Sequence record: PV611058.1
Direction: 5' to 3' (one strand)
DNA: 64,000 nucleotides
Notes under the pieces: generated by a model
Databases searched by the model: none
What the model was told of the DNA's origin: nothing
The model's input: only the letters and a program-made list of their open reading frames with translations
Shown: in pieces, positions 1 through 10,095 of the stretch
Layout of the letters: each line of letters starts with the position of its first letter
Position numbering within the stretch: the first letter of the stretch is position 1
Translations under genes and position numbers: made by a program

Positions 1-31
1 GCCCCAAATGAGGCATCAAATGAAATTCAAA

Positions 32-727
32 TTAGACCCACTCTTCCACGCCACCGCGACGTTTGACGAGATACTTACCTTCTTCGTTGCGTGGACCAAG
101 GATGATACCATCAATGAAACCATGTTCACCGTATTCGAGTGCTTCTTCAGCGTTCAACCACAGGTCACGATCCGCATCTTTCAGTAGTTGTTCGTGTGAT
201 ACACCAACTGCTTCAGCGATTTCTTTAGTCAGTAGTGTGTTCAATGCATCAGAGTGTTTCAAGGAAATCTTCTGATCAGTAATCAGACCCTGAGTACCGG
301 AACTTACTTGGTGACACATGAAGTAAGAACGCTTCCCGCCTAGACGGAAACCTTTAGTACCAACTACTGATTGTGTATAGCAACCCATTGATGCTGCATA
401 ACCCATTACTACTGTACGGATAGGAGATACACAAGACTTAGCAATGTCAGCGATACCCAAACCTGCGTGTACTGAACCACCAGGAGAACTAATGTAGAAG
501 GTAATTGGTTCAGAACCCTGAGAATCCAACCACACCAATTGTTGCTTGATGATATGTGCCATTTGGTCATTGAAGTCAGTATCAAGGAAAATGATACGGT
601 CTTGCATCATACGAGATGCTAGATCATAAGTACGTTCTGCACCATTAACTTTTTCAACTACATAAGGAATAGAAATGTTGCGAACTTCACCACCAGCATA
701 ACCACCAAAATTGAATTGTTCAACCAT
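32..727 (-). CDS. clpP: ClpP-family serine protease subunit
   Basis: RIIFL, ISSPGGSV, AASMG (catalytic Ser), MCHQ (His), DRDLWL (Asp). Confidence 0.95.
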   Translation of the reverse strand: MVEQFNFGGYAGGEVRNISIPYVVEKVNGAERTYDLASRMMQDRIIFLDTDFNDQMAHIIKQQLVWLDSQGSEPITFYISSPGGSVHAGLGIADIAKSCVSPIRTVVMGYAASMGCYTQSVVGTKGFRLGGKRSYFMCHQVSSGTQGLITDQKISLKHSDALNTLLTKEIAEAVGVSHEQLLKDADRDLWLNAEEALEYGEHGFIDGIILGPRNEEGKYLVKRRGGVEEWV

Positions 728-761
728 TGTTATTTTCCTCTATTGTTTCATTGATGTGAGT

Positions 762-789
762 ATTATATCACAGTGTTCGTATTTGTCTA
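762..789 (-). promoter_or_regulatory. sigma70-like promoter upstream of clpP
   Basis: TAGACA-16nt-TATAAT with TGn extended -10. Confidence 0.7.
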
Positions 790-1170
790 CAAGTTTCTTA
801 AAAAATCTAGTAAACCGCAAATTGTATGTTTATTAAACATATCGTGGTCAATCTTTAACAACTTAACCATAGCATTATCATACACCGTAGAGTCGGTAAT
901 GTCAAACAAAGAATTTGTGTAATAACGTTCATTTTCTACATAAATGTATAATTCATTTGATTTGTCAAGATCTTCATAGAAGTTAGCATCAAAGTACTCT
1001 GCATTTCCATCAATCCAAACCTCAACTGAATCATCATCTAAGCAGTAGTTTCTTGCTTCTTTTGAATATATTTCCAGCTTTCTGGCTGCACTGGAGTAAT
1101 GTTTATAACCATTAATTACGTACTTTATTTCATCATTGTACTCAATTACATACACAACGATATTTTCCAT
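787..1170 (-). CDS. hypothetical protein
   Basis: 127 aa, abuts upstream gene. Confidence 0.75.
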   Translation of the reverse strand: MENIVVYVIEYNDEIKYVINGYKHYSSAARKLEIYSKEARNYCLDDDSVEVWIDGNAEYFDANFYEDLDKSNELYIYVENERYYTNSLFDITDSTVYDNAMVKLLKIDHDMFNKHTICGLLDFLRNL

Positions 1171-1565
1171 CAGTACTCCCTAATTGATACCAGTGCGTTA
1201 AGAAATTCTAAACGAATTCCACATGGGATGGTATCAAAATCAACCTCAATCATTCTGAATGAATCAGGGAGTTCATTTATAACGAACATATTACATGCAA
1301 ATGTACTGAAAGGTAACACATCACCGTTACTATCATCACAAACAACAACCCACACTTTACCACTAAAAGAATCCAAATCATCTGCTCTCTGGACCTCGGG
1401 ACCATAGTGATACCTATCTTTCAGTACTACATTGGTTCCTTTCTTATCACCATAGAATTGAACTTTATCACAATATGGCACTAGACTCATACCATATCGT
1501 TGGAACACACGAGAACTTCCATTGATTACAATCATTTTGTCTTTTATATGCAATGTATATATCAT
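1170..1565 (-). CDS. hypothetical protein
   Basis: 131 aa, in operon. Confidence 0.75.
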   Translation of the reverse strand: MIYTLHIKDKMIVINGSSRVFQRYGMSLVPYCDKVQFYGDKKGTNVVLKDRYHYGPEVQRADDLDSFSGKVWVVVCDDSNGDVLPFSTFACNMFVINELPDSFRMIEVDFDTIPCGIRLEFLNALVSIREY

Positions 1566-1574
1566 AGTAATTCC

Positions 1575-2366
1575 TTAGATTTCAAATACAAATTTAGGAT
1601 CGTAATCGAAGTTCTCACATGCACCACTGTAAGATTCATAACCTCTTGGATTACAAATGATACGAGTTTTCCCAATGTTGTAGTCAAAGCTACTATGAAC
1701 GTGACCATGAATCCAAACATCAGCACCCAAATCTTCGATGTACTGGTCCATATCAGAACAATAACATCCATTCAGTGAGTCATTCTTGTATCTCGGAGAT
1801 ACACTCTGATAACTTGGTGCATGATGTGTTACCACCACAACCTTGAAATCATTATCATTCATTAGACGAACTGTGTTAACTGAATTTTTGATAAATTGTT
1901 TATCCTGATGATGCATGAACTCAACATCATCAGGTTTGAGCTTACGTTTCCACGGTTCTGATGTTGTTCCATGACGAATGTGTTTATAATCATTCATCTT
2001 TTGTTGAGCATCAAACTTAACCAGTGCGTTGCCTTTATCAAAGTCAGTCCACAGTGTACTACCAACCAGCAGTACACCATCCAGCCATACAAATTTGTTT
2101 TGCAAAAAGATGAAATTTGGAATCTCATCTTGCATATCGGACAGTACTTTATTAGTCTTGTGAATGTTTGAACCGTAGTACTCATGATTACCAGGAACCA
2201 GTACTACATTCTTGAACTGCTTGCACAGGGATTCGATACCAGTACGATAACGACTGCGTTTAGCTTCATCAAAGTCCCCTGCAATAATCAGTACTGTATC
2301 ACTGTAATCACCACTATGGAGGTAATCAGTGCCACCGTGTACGTCTGACGTTACAACAAATTTCAT
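1575..2366 (-). CDS. calcineurin-like metallophosphoesterase
   Basis: SDVH, AGD, GNHE, THH, HGHVH motifs. Confidence 0.9.
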   Translation of the reverse strand: MKFVVTSDVHGGTDYLHSGDYSDTVLIIAGDFDEAKRSRYRTGIESLCKQFKNVVLVPGNHEYYGSNIHKTNKVLSDMQDEIPNFIFLQNKFVWLDGVLLVGSTLWTDFDKGNALVKFDAQQKMNDYKHIRHGTTSEPWKRKLKPDDVEFMHHQDKQFIKNSVNTVRLMNDNDFKVVVVTHHAPSYQSVSPRYKNDSLNGCYCSDMDQYIEDLGADVWIHGHVHSSFDYNIGKTRIICNPRGYESYSGACENFDYDPKFVFEI

Positions 2367-2385
2367 AATTACCTCCTATAAATGA

Positions 2386-3804
2386 TTAACCTAGTGATTC
2401 AAGAATACTATTAGAGAACACCTCAACAGCACTATCACGAATTTCTAAGATACGAGTATAGTCGTCACAGGTGTTTTTGTCAAATCTAAATTCAATAAAC
2501 ACTGGTAAAAATAGTGATGGCTCGCCAGTTCGCTTATCGAACACAATATCATTGCACTCTACTGTCACTACTTGACCAATGAGTTCTTGCATTCTTTCCC
2601 AAATGGTTTTAAACGTCCATTCTGCGTCTTTCTCTTTAATTCCAGTACCTACATTAACTTTCAATGTACCACAAGCACTTTCCAGTTGTAAAGAACCAAG
2701 GCTACCTTTACGCTTACCTTCACCTTCATTGAAACCAACAATACGCAAGTCCAATTGCATTTTAAGTTTCATTTTCAACTGCTTAGGAGAAGTGTGAGAT
2801 TTCCAGATACCATCTTCACATTTCAGTACTGAACCCTCTTCACCTTCGTTCATTAGTTCACTATTGTACTCAAATGCTTCTTTGATGTTTAGAACTTTAC
2901 GGAATCCAACCATACGAACAAAATCACTACCGAGTTCGTTAATTGCATCTACTAAGATCTCACGGCGTTCTTTACGTTTTACATCCCATACACCTTCACA
3001 AAATGCATCATATGGAACAACATCCCATAGAACGAATACAGTACGCATTGCTTCATTCTGACTGATGCTATCTTTACCAGCTTTCTGGATAATACCGTTA
3101 CCAGTAGTGCGTGGGAGAATGGTTTCTCCATCATTGTCCAGTACTACACCTTCACCCATAAAGACTACACCACTACTAAAACGTTCATCTTTACTTTGGA
3201 TAATGTGAGCAAGACCTGCCATCTCACCATCACGACAACCTAGGAAGTCGTATAGTTTACCATTACGGGATGTAGAAGTTAATGAACCATTAATGACAAC
3301 GTGGTTCAAGTACTGACCATCCATTTTAACTTCTGATATAGCATAACCATAATCTTTGAAGTTAATGTTCTTTGCAGTCTTTTTGTCAATCAAAGAACAA
3401 CGCATGTATGGTTCGTCTTTGATGAAACCTTTCCCGAACACATCATTACAGTTCTTTTCTTGGATACCACAATCAAGGTTCTTCGTGAGCATTTTACGAA
3501 GAACTTCCTGGTCATCTTCTGATACAGAACCCAGTACTGAAGAAATGAAGTCACGCCCAGCATTTCCGGTCACACCACGTTTGTAAATGCATTCTAGCTT
3601 ATCAATTGCTTCGTCTAATGTCATATGTTGGTATACATCATCAGCTTGTGGTAGCTTTTTATACCCACTTACAATTGAAGGGTCTAGTGTATATTTCAGT
3701 ACTTTTTGTAATGTTTGGTTATCTTTGTTTTGTTCAAGGATAGCTTTTTTACCCAGAGTACTGCTAGTATTTTTAATGCTTTCAAGAATTGCTAAAATGC
3801 TCAT
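2386..3804 (-). CDS. lig: ATP-dependent DNA ligase (T4 gp30-like)
   Basis: EVKMDG (KxDG), EGSVLK, KLK, OB-fold C-terminus LFLPVF. Confidence 0.95.
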   Translation of the reverse strand: MSILAILESIKNTSSTLGKKAILEQNKDNQTLQKVLKYTLDPSIVSGYKKLPQADDVYQHMTLDEAIDKLECIYKRGVTGNAGRDFISSVLGSVSEDDQEVLRKMLTKNLDCGIQEKNCNDVFGKGFIKDEPYMRCSLIDKKTAKNINFKDYGYAISEVKMDGQYLNHVVINGSLTSTSRNGKLYDFLGCRDGEMAGLAHIIQSKDERFSSGVVFMGEGVVLDNDGETILPRTTGNGIIQKAGKDSISQNEAMRTVFVLWDVVPYDAFCEGVWDVKRKERREILVDAINELGSDFVRMVGFRKVLNIKEAFEYNSELMNEGEEGSVLKCEDGIWKSHTSPKQLKMKLKMQLDLRIVGFNEGEGKRKGSLGSLQLESACGTLKVNVGTGIKEKDAEWTFKTIWERMQELIGQVVTVECNDIVFDKRTGEPSLFLPVFIEFRFDKNTCDDYTRILEIRDSAVEVFSNSILESLG

Positions 3805-3815
3805 TGTATATTCCC

Positions 3816-5018
3816 TTATAGATAATACTTTCCAATGTAAAGTTTATTACTTAGTGATAGCTGGACGTGACAAGGTTTTTCTTGGTAGTAACGAGTTGAT
3901 GATGTTTTATTTTCTGTTGGTGGGAAGAAAGGAGAACGGTATCCATTCCATGTACCAAATGATACATGTTCGTTTAAATCCACATCCATTGTCATAATAC
4001 CATTAGCATCAATTTCAACTGGATACGCACTGTATCGTTCAAATACATCAGTGTATTGAAGAATATAATCACCATTGCGACCATAATAACTTCTGGTTGT
4101 ATTGTTCTTTACACCAAAGAAAACACGATATGCCTGTTCATCAACTTTACACATGAACGGTACGTTCTCATTGAATCGTCCATTACTCATTATATCATCA
4201 GGATTGATTTCTTCGTACTTTACTTTCAAATCTTGTGCTTTAAACGACTTATCACTTATCAGTACTGGAATATTGCTTTCACATAATGGGTTACTTCGAT
4301 TTCGTTGGATATTTTGCCAAAATGCATTAGCTTTAACAATTTCATCTTGAACTGTAGTTTTTACATTCAGTGCAGCACTTGGTTCTAATGCATAAGTTTC
4401 AAGACGAGCATTAAGAGCATATGTCCCACGAGTAGTATTATATACTAAGTGATACTTGGAACTCTTATCAGAAAATGAAAACTCTTTAGTTTTCTTGATA
4501 CAAATAGCATTTACTTTACCACAATAATAGTAATCTTCCTTATTGTGTCTAAAACCATCACCCACTTTCAATTTAGAAACAACTTCTTTTTGATGTTCTT
4601 TCTTATTCTCCTTCTCAACCAATTTAGCAAAGGTTTTAGTTTTACCGTTAATTAGTTCTAAACTATTATTAAAGAACATAGGTTCAACAAATACACCCTT
4701 AACAATATCATTATTGATGATAAGGTCGTTCATGTTTTTAGCACTCACCAAGAACTCGAAACCTTCAGGGTGACGTATGGTGAAGTATGTTTCACGAGCA
4801 TGAACAGTGAGCTTATGTACCACAGAAAACCCAATTGTAGGCACATTATCAATCCATAGTGAAGGTAGATTGTTTTTCTTAGCCCAGTACTCGGCCTTTT
4901 CTTTTTTAGTCTCAAACGCTTTTGTGTGTGATTTTGTGGCATCTATAATGTAACCAGTAACTTGGTTATGATTTACATATGAACGAGCCACAAATAACTT
5001 CTCTGGAAAATCCATCAA
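3816..5018 (-). CDS. hypothetical protein, 400 aa
   Basis: long ORF in operon; RHPEGFEFLVS resembles the DPRGF-type motif of phage hypotheticals. Confidence 0.8.
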   Translation of the reverse strand: MMDFPEKLFVARSYVNHNQVTGYIIDATKSHTKAFETKKEKAEYWAKKNNLPSLWIDNVPTIGFSVVHKLTVHARETYFTIRHPEGFEFLVSAKNMNDLIINNDIVKGVFVEPMFFNNSLELINGKTKTFAKLVEKENKKEHQKEVVSKLKVGDGFRHNKEDYYYCGKVNAICIKKTKEFSFSDKSSKYHLVYNTTRGTYALNARLETYALEPSAALNVKTTVQDEIVKANAFWQNIQRNRSNPLCESNIPVLISDKSFKAQDLKVKYEEINPDDIMSNGRFNENVPFMCKVDEQAYRVFFGVKNNTTRSYYGRNGDYILQYTDVFERYSAYPVEIDANGIMTMDVDLNEHVSFGTWNGYRSPFFPPTENKTSSTRYYQEKPCHVQLSLSNKLYIGKYYL

Positions 5019-5434
5019 ACAGTCCTCATTGTGCTAATTGCTTTTAATGTGTTAAACAATGCACCATATTTTACTTGCATTAGTTGATCCCCAGCAGGAA
5101 GATTCATACGCATAACAGACATGTCTTCAACCATTTCAGATGTACATAGTACTGCTACACATGTAGTTGCATCATTTAATCCGGCTTCATTGAATTTAGC
5201 GAATGGCACTTTTCCCTGCTTACAAAGGTCATCATAATAAGAATTTAACTTATCATGTCCACCAGCATTTAGTACTACAATAGTTTCGTGGTCATAATAC
5301 CATTCATCAATAATAGTACTGAAAGCAGTACCTTCATATTCTTTAATTAGTTTTATGCCAGCATGAAATGCTTGAATTCCAGCTTGTACACCTTGGCAGT
5401 ACATGTTTGTTAAGCAATATAATTTCATTTCCAT
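5015..5434 (-). CDS. peptidyl-tRNA hydrolase type 2 (PTH2)-like protein
   Basis: GIQAFHA, W...TIVVL, F.E.GL..ATTCV pattern. Confidence 0.6.
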   Translation of the reverse strand: MEMKLYCLTNMYCQGVQAGIQAFHAGIKLIKEYEGTAFSTIIDEWYYDHETIVVLNAGGHDKLNSYYDDLCKQGKVPFAKFNEAGLNDATTCVAVLCTSEMVEDMSVMRMNLPAGDQLMQVKYGALFNTLKAISTMRTV

Positions 5435-5652
5435 ACCTCTTGTTTTTCCACAAACCCACGTCCATCACAACGTGGACATGCATAATAACTGCGATAGTCT
5501 TCAGATGGTACTTGTTGTGTTCCATTACATGTAGGGCATACTTTACGTGCACCAGAAATAATACGTTCATGATGTTCAGCTTGTTTAGCTGAATCAAAAA
5601 TACGACCATCTTCAGTTTGGTATTTTTCTACCATAACTTGAATTACTTTCAT
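5425..5652 (-). CDS. small DnaJ-type Zn-finger protein
   Basis: CPTCNGT and CPRCDGRG (CxxCxGxG) repeats. Confidence 0.75.
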   Translation of the reverse strand: MKVIQVMVEKYQTEDGRIFDSAKQAEHHERIISGARKVCPTCNGTQQVPSEDYRSYYACPRCDGRGFVEKQEVWK

Positions 5653-5662
5653 TTCTATTTCC

Positions 5663-5932
5663 TTATAAAAATGTTAAATCTTCAGTACTTAATTGTAATA
5701 ATTTACCATCATATTCAATTTCAACATATACATTTTGGTCATAAACAGCAACTACACGACTAATAACTCCACTCTTCACCACATTCTTTTTGTAGTTGAA
5801 TTCAACTGAGCAACCAATAAGTTTCTTTGATAGAATCTCACGTATTTGATTAGCATGGTCTTTTAGGATAGAATTAATAGATTTTTTCACAACATATCTA
5901 TCATTTAAGTATTTTTTAACTACATCATGCAT
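5663..5932 (-). CDS. family D small protein
   Basis: KKLIGCSVEF; internal ATG at 5932 chosen to avoid overlap. Confidence 0.7.
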   Translation of the reverse strand: MHDVVKKYLNDRYVVKKSINSILKDHANQIREILSKKLIGCSVEFNYKKNVVKSGVISRVVAVYDQNVYVEIEYDGKLLQLSTEDLTFL

Positions 5933-5936
5933 ATTA

Positions 5937-6695
5937 TTACCTTTTGAAGCGGTTAAATGAGTACTCATCTTTTTCTTTACGTAAGTATCTCATCCCACCA
6001 CTTTGGGGAGTTGCAAGAGTCAAATCGCCAGTTAAAAACTGACTATCAATCCAGATACGATTACCGTAGATGAGTGGGTCGGATACTGCGGTATGACCAC
6101 TAAAGACGCAATGGATACCATCAAGTCTATGGACGTAATATGTGTTATTTTTCTTGCAGTAGTCGAATGTATCACGTTCCCACAAGCACTTCTCAATTAT
6201 ATCAGCACTAAGTGATTTTGTCCCACTAACGAAACGTTCCCATGTTGTATATTCCAATGGAACACCAGCATGAACTAGTCCAATCTTCAATCCTCGGTGA
6301 TTGATTTGGATAATCATAGGGAGATCCTTTAAGTACTGACGGAAGAACTGTATACCTGTCTCACCAACTTCATCAAGAAATTTATCACCACCATTACTTT
6401 GCCAGCAATGATACCAATCCCTCATTGTTTCGGAGTCCACACACATCATCTCGTGGTTCCCAGCAATCATAAAACGGTTTTCACCGAAAAGGAATTCAAA
6501 CAGTAGTTTGGAATTCTGGTCACCACGGTCAATAACATCACCTACACAAAAAACATAGTCATTATTGGTGATACCAAATTCTTTCTTGGTAGCATCCCAC
6601 AGTTTTCCGTTGCCGTGTAAATCACCAACGATATATAAATCTTTATCATCCGGTACTGTAACTTCCAAAAAATGTTTCATTATTGTTCCAACCAT
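5937..6695 (-). CDS. NinI-like Ser/Thr protein phosphatase (PPP family)
   Basis: GDLHG, GDVIDRG, GNHE, VHAG, GHT. Confidence 0.92.
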   Translation of the reverse strand: MVGTIMKHFLEVTVPDDKDLYIVGDLHGNGKLWDATKKEFGITNNDYVFCVGDVIDRGDQNSKLLFEFLFGENRFMIAGNHEMMCVDSETMRDWYHCWQSNGGDKFLDEVGETGIQFFRQYLKDLPMIIQINHRGLKIGLVHAGVPLEYTTWERFVSGTKSLSADIIEKCLWERDTFDYCKKNNTYYVHRLDGIHCVFSGHTAVSDPLIYGNRIWIDSQFLTGDLTLATPQSGGMRYLRKEKDEYSFNRFKR

Positions 6696-7009
6696 ATAAT
6701 GTTAGTGTGTTTTGTAACTTGTGTTCCTGCAAAAGAACCATCTTTAAGATACGTATTAACTTTGAAACGCCATTCACCACCGCTAATATACATATCAGCG
6801 ATAATGTACTTCCCATAACCCCTTGAGTTTATCAAACGTACTTCTTGTCCAATATACTTCGGCTTCAAATCATTAATAAAATCATCAGCCAAAGACATAA
6901 GATATCGCAAATGTGAATAGTCGGTGTTGAACATTATTTCTTTCTCTTGAAGTGGGATATAATATCTTTTGTTATTGAGATAAAAAGATACACCATAGTT
7001 ACAGGCCAA
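6680..7009 (-). CDS. family D small protein
   Basis: PKYIGQEVRL; true start may be internal. Confidence 0.7.
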   Translation of the reverse strand: MACNYGVSFYLNNKRYYIPLQEKEIMFNTDYSHLRYLMSLADDFINDLKPKYIGQEVRLINSRGYGKYIIADMYISGGEWRFKVNTYLKDGSFAGTQVTKHTNIIWLEQ

Positions 7010-7149
7010 ATTATAGCCATTAGTGCTGCTGATTGTAGACTCATTGCAGTTATGATTTCATCTTTGAAACATTTCCAATTCAGTACTAGAAAGTTACATA
7101 TAAATGAGCAAAACGCAACAAATCCATATATTGCAAAAAATGTAGTCAT
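6934..7149 (-). CDS. small membrane protein
   Basis: two hydrophobic segments, basic C-terminus. Confidence 0.7.
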   Translation of the reverse strand: MTTFFAIYGFVAFCSFICNFLVLNWKCFKDEIITAMSLQSAALMAIIWPVTMVYLFISITKDIISHFKRKK

Positions 7150-7484
7150 TATTCTTCCTCATCAACAAGAATAAGATATTCTAAACTTATTTCATCCCCG
7201 AAAGCTGCGGCATCAATTGCATCGTAATTGATGTATTCCACCTGTGCAACTAAACGTATACCGAATTTGAGAATTTCAATAATTCTCATTCTTGTATTGG
7301 GATTTATGCACTGGTAGTATGATTCATAATCTGGATCATCATCCAGTTCCGCATATCGGTTGATGTGCTCGTCGGTATATTTTACTATCTTACCGACGAG
7401 TTCTTTTTCTGCACTTTTATAGAAATCATCTTTCATTTGATGCAACGCGATCAAGTACTGATTATATTGTGCAAGATGTTTCAT
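7149..7484 (-). CDS. family D small protein
   Basis: KELVGKIVKY. Confidence 0.75.
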   Translation of the reverse strand: MKHLAQYNQYLIALHQMKDDFYKSAEKELVGKIVKYTDEHINRYAELDDDPDYESYYQCINPNTRMRIIEILKFGIRLVAQVEYINYDAIDAAAFGDEISLEYLILVDEEE

Positions 7485-7486
7485 TG

Positions 7487-8083
7487 TTAATCACAGCTAC
7501 CTGAACTAGAACTTGAGCTTGAATCACAGCTAGAGCTATCATATGAACCAGTATCAGCAGAAGAGATATATGGTGTTACGAATGCTGCTGCGGTGGCTGC
7601 TGTAATAATATGGGAAGTATGGTCGTGTGTACCTTGTTGTGGTTCATCTTGGACTTTGTTTTTATTCTTCCCTTTAGTATAGCGAGCTTTCTTTGTAGTT
7701 TTGGTGTTCTTTGGTGCTTTAGTACTTTTCGGTGCTGCTTTAGGCTTTACTTCATTGACGACAGGAACAACAGTAACATTAACTTTTGGATCAGTTTCAT
7801 CAAGTGCATTGTGAACATTCACTTGCATTTGAACTTCAACTTTAAGTTCTTCTTGTTCTTCAGGAATAACTTTTTCAGGTTCTGGTGTAACCTGATCACG
7901 TTTATCATTAATCATGAAGTTGATATTACGTTCACCTAGCACTAATAAAGTAACGATGGTGAGTACTGGGGTTAGTACTAGACTAAGTAGTACATAGCCG
8001 ATAACACTACGATTGTAATTGTATGCAAGCATACCTGCAATAACTACACCAAGTACACTAATAACTGCTGCGATTGTTAACAT
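7487..8083 (-). CDS. membrane-anchored low-complexity protein
   Basis: two N-terminal TM helices, K/P/T-rich linker, C-terminal SSCDSSSSSSSGSCD. Confidence 0.8.
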   Translation of the reverse strand: MLTIAAVISVLGVVIAGMLAYNYNRSVIGYVLLSLVLTPVLTIVTLLVLGERNINFMINDKRDQVTPEPEKVIPEEQEELKVEVQMQVNVHNALDETDPKVNVTVVPVVNEVKPKAAPKSTKAPKNTKTTKKARYTKGKNKNKVQDEPQQGTHDHTSHIITAATAAAFVTPYISSADTGSYDSSSCDSSSSSSSGSCD

Positions 8084-8387
8084 ATTCTACTCCTTTGTAT
8101 ATAAATTTACCAATATCTTCGATGTATAAACAGATTCCACCTCGATCATTTAACACAAGCCAATCACCAAAACCACAACTGATGTTGCATATATTAAATT
8201 CTTCAATACCATCCGGTGAATACGCAATGAATGGACATATTTCATCTGATATACCATTTACATAGTTATTACATATTAAATCAAATGTATGTGAACTATA
8301 AGAATTATCAGTACTGAAAATGTGCATTAATGAACTAGATAGAATTACTATTGTTTTTTCCCACATTTTTAAAAAATCGTTATTCAC
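8058..8387 (-). CDS. hypothetical protein
   Basis: 109 aa ORF in operon. Confidence 0.6.
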   Translation of the reverse strand: MNNDFLKMWEKTIVILSSSLMHIFSTDNSYSSHTFDLICNNYVNGISDEICPFIAYSPDGIEEFNICNISCGFGDWLVLNDRGGICLYIEDIGKFIYKGVEYVNNRSSY

Positions 8388-8444
8388 AACAACTACTCCA
8401 TGTCAGTGTTGTAATGAAATTATATCACCGAATCAAGATATGTC

Positions 8445-8750
8445 TCATGAGATTCGCATTTCATCCAGATATAAACTACATGCTTCGAAATTGTTGTCAG
8501 CACTTAAACCTAAATCAACCATCAGACCACAATGCGTTCCACAGAATTTCTTTATGTATAGTTTCTTATTGTTTGTACCTAAGTCGTATACATATTCATT
8601 TTCGAAAATAGTTTTTAAATCATTACAAATACTTTTTACTATCTTCATTACATCATTATGATACTCATATGGTATTCCATCTAGTTCATCAATGATAATA
8701 GCAAAACCATTGTCATAGTACTTTAGTTTATTGAATGTTTGTATATCCAT
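8445..8750 (-). CDS. hypothetical protein
   Basis: 101 aa, abuts upstream gene. Confidence 0.7.
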   Translation of the reverse strand: MDIQTFNKLKYYDNGFAIIIDELDGIPYEYHNDVMKIVKSICNDLKTIFENEYVYDLGTNNKKLYIKKFCGTHCGLMVDLGLSADNNFEACSLYLDEMRIS

Positions 8751-9047
8751 TTAATATATAATCTCACTTACTTCTATGGTGTAGACACCATCATCAGTCA
8801 TTAATCTAACTGCAACTTTAATATTACTAGACATTCGTGTAACTATCAATCCAATAATTATACCATTCTTTAAAGTACCATTATGGTATCTAACTTTTAC
8901 TTCAGTTTTATTATCAATTAAGTATCTTCTAATTATGTGTATTTCCGTTCTAAACAGTTCTAAATAAACTTCACTATACTCCTTATCAGAACCATCAGCA
9001 CAGCTATACAATAAATGTACCTGTTCTAACAAAAGTTTTAAATTCAT
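8751..9047 (-). CDS. hypothetical protein (family D-like)
   Basis: helix followed by KVRY...GIIIG beta-rich C-terminus. Confidence 0.7.
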   Translation of the reverse strand: MNLKLLLEQVHLLYSCADGSDKEYSEVYLELFRTEIHIIRRYLIDNKTEVKVRYHNGTLKNGIIIGLIVTRMSSNIKVAVRLMTDDGVYTIEVSEIIY

Positions 9048-9403
9048 AAGAACCTCACAGATTTAATATTACTTGTTACATGTTTAAACACAGTGTTATC
9101 GAACTTGTAAACAATTGTATTAAGTGATTTATGAAAATTAACCTCGCACACTAATGCCTTGGAACCATTGATTGTACAGACCGTGGATGGTAAGTTGTTT
9201 GCTAATATCTCTTTTTCATCTAAACATAGTGAACTAATACAATCATAATAGAGAGGTTCAAGAACTTTTTCAGTACTAAGAAAATCGAAAGCAAGATCAT
9301 CTATTTGTTTTATGTAATTGAATAAATTTTGATAGTACTCATTCATGGTCGATCCTCTTGAATTTAGCATTATTCGAATAAGTATATGAATGTCCAAAAT
9401 CAT
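9044..9403 (-). CDS. hypothetical protein
   Basis: true start probably MNEYYQ. Confidence 0.7.
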   Translation of the reverse strand: MILDIHILIRIMLNSRGSTMNEYYQNLFNYIKQIDDLAFDFLSTEKVLEPLYYDCISSLCLDEKEILANNLPSTVCTINGSKALVCEVNFHKSLNTIVYKFDNTVFKHVTSNIKSVRFL

Positions 9404-9593
9404 TTACACCATGCACATTCAATACACCGTCGATGAAATAGATTCGGTCGATTGTTAGTTCACGTTTATAATCCGAATCATCATACCAGCACAGAACACG
9501 AATACCTTTATACTTTGTAGTTAGCTCTTTTTCTAATGTAACTAAGTACTCGATATAACTTTTGAATAGCTCTAAGTCCTGCTCAAACATCAT
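9339..9593 (-). CDS. family D small protein
   Basis: TKYKGIRVLCW. Confidence 0.7.
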   Translation of the reverse strand: MMFEQDLELFKSYIEYLVTLEKELTTKYKGIRVLCWYDDSDYKRELTIDRIYFIDGVLNVHGVNDFGHSYTYSNNAKFKRIDHE

Positions 9594-9850
9594 TGTTCCT
9601 CGTATAATTCTATGTCATCAACTCCAACTTGGCGAATTGCAGTACTTCTTTTAAATGTACCTTTTTCATATAAACATACAGTTAAACGTATTTCACACTT
9701 TAATGCACTGTAATAAATCATATCAATAACACCATATGTTTCATACATTTCTAAGTATACATTTCGTCCTAAGTACTTTTCTTCTAAATCAGTAATTAGA
9801 CTATTGATAAGATTACCTATCTGTGATATATCTGTGTGAAATTTATCCAT
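9590..9850 (-). CDS. family D small protein
   Basis: EKYLGRNVYL...GVIDMI. Confidence 0.75.
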   Translation of the reverse strand: MDKFHTDISQIGNLINSLITDLEEKYLGRNVYLEMYETYGVIDMIYYSALKCEIRLTVCLYEKGTFKRSTAIRQVGVDDIELYEEQ

Positions 9851-10095
9851 TACAATAATCCTCTCACATAAAACATTGATGAAAATAGATAATCTTCAGT
9901 ACTAGAATTTAGTAGTTTATCAAAACTATATTTTTTATGCTTATTTTTATACAAAGACATTCTATAGAATCTTTCTATATTTTCTAAGTATTCATTTCGT
10001 AATAACATCTGTGTTGTTACATTCACTATAATGTACCTTAAAAGAAAAAGGGACCAATATATGATCCCTTTTGTATTAGAAATTACCTTCAGCAA
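9850..10095 (-). CDS. hypothetical protein
   Basis: 81 aa, fills operon gap. Confidence 0.6.
   Translation of the reverse strand: MLKVISNTKGIIYWSLFLLRYIIVNVTTQMLLRNEYLENIERFYRMSLYKNKHKKYSFDKLLNSSTEDYLFSSMFYVRGLL

Noticed and set aside
32-727. ClpP as prohead maturation protease
   Set aside because: No adjacent portal or capsid genes in the window, and it has its own sigma70-type promoter.
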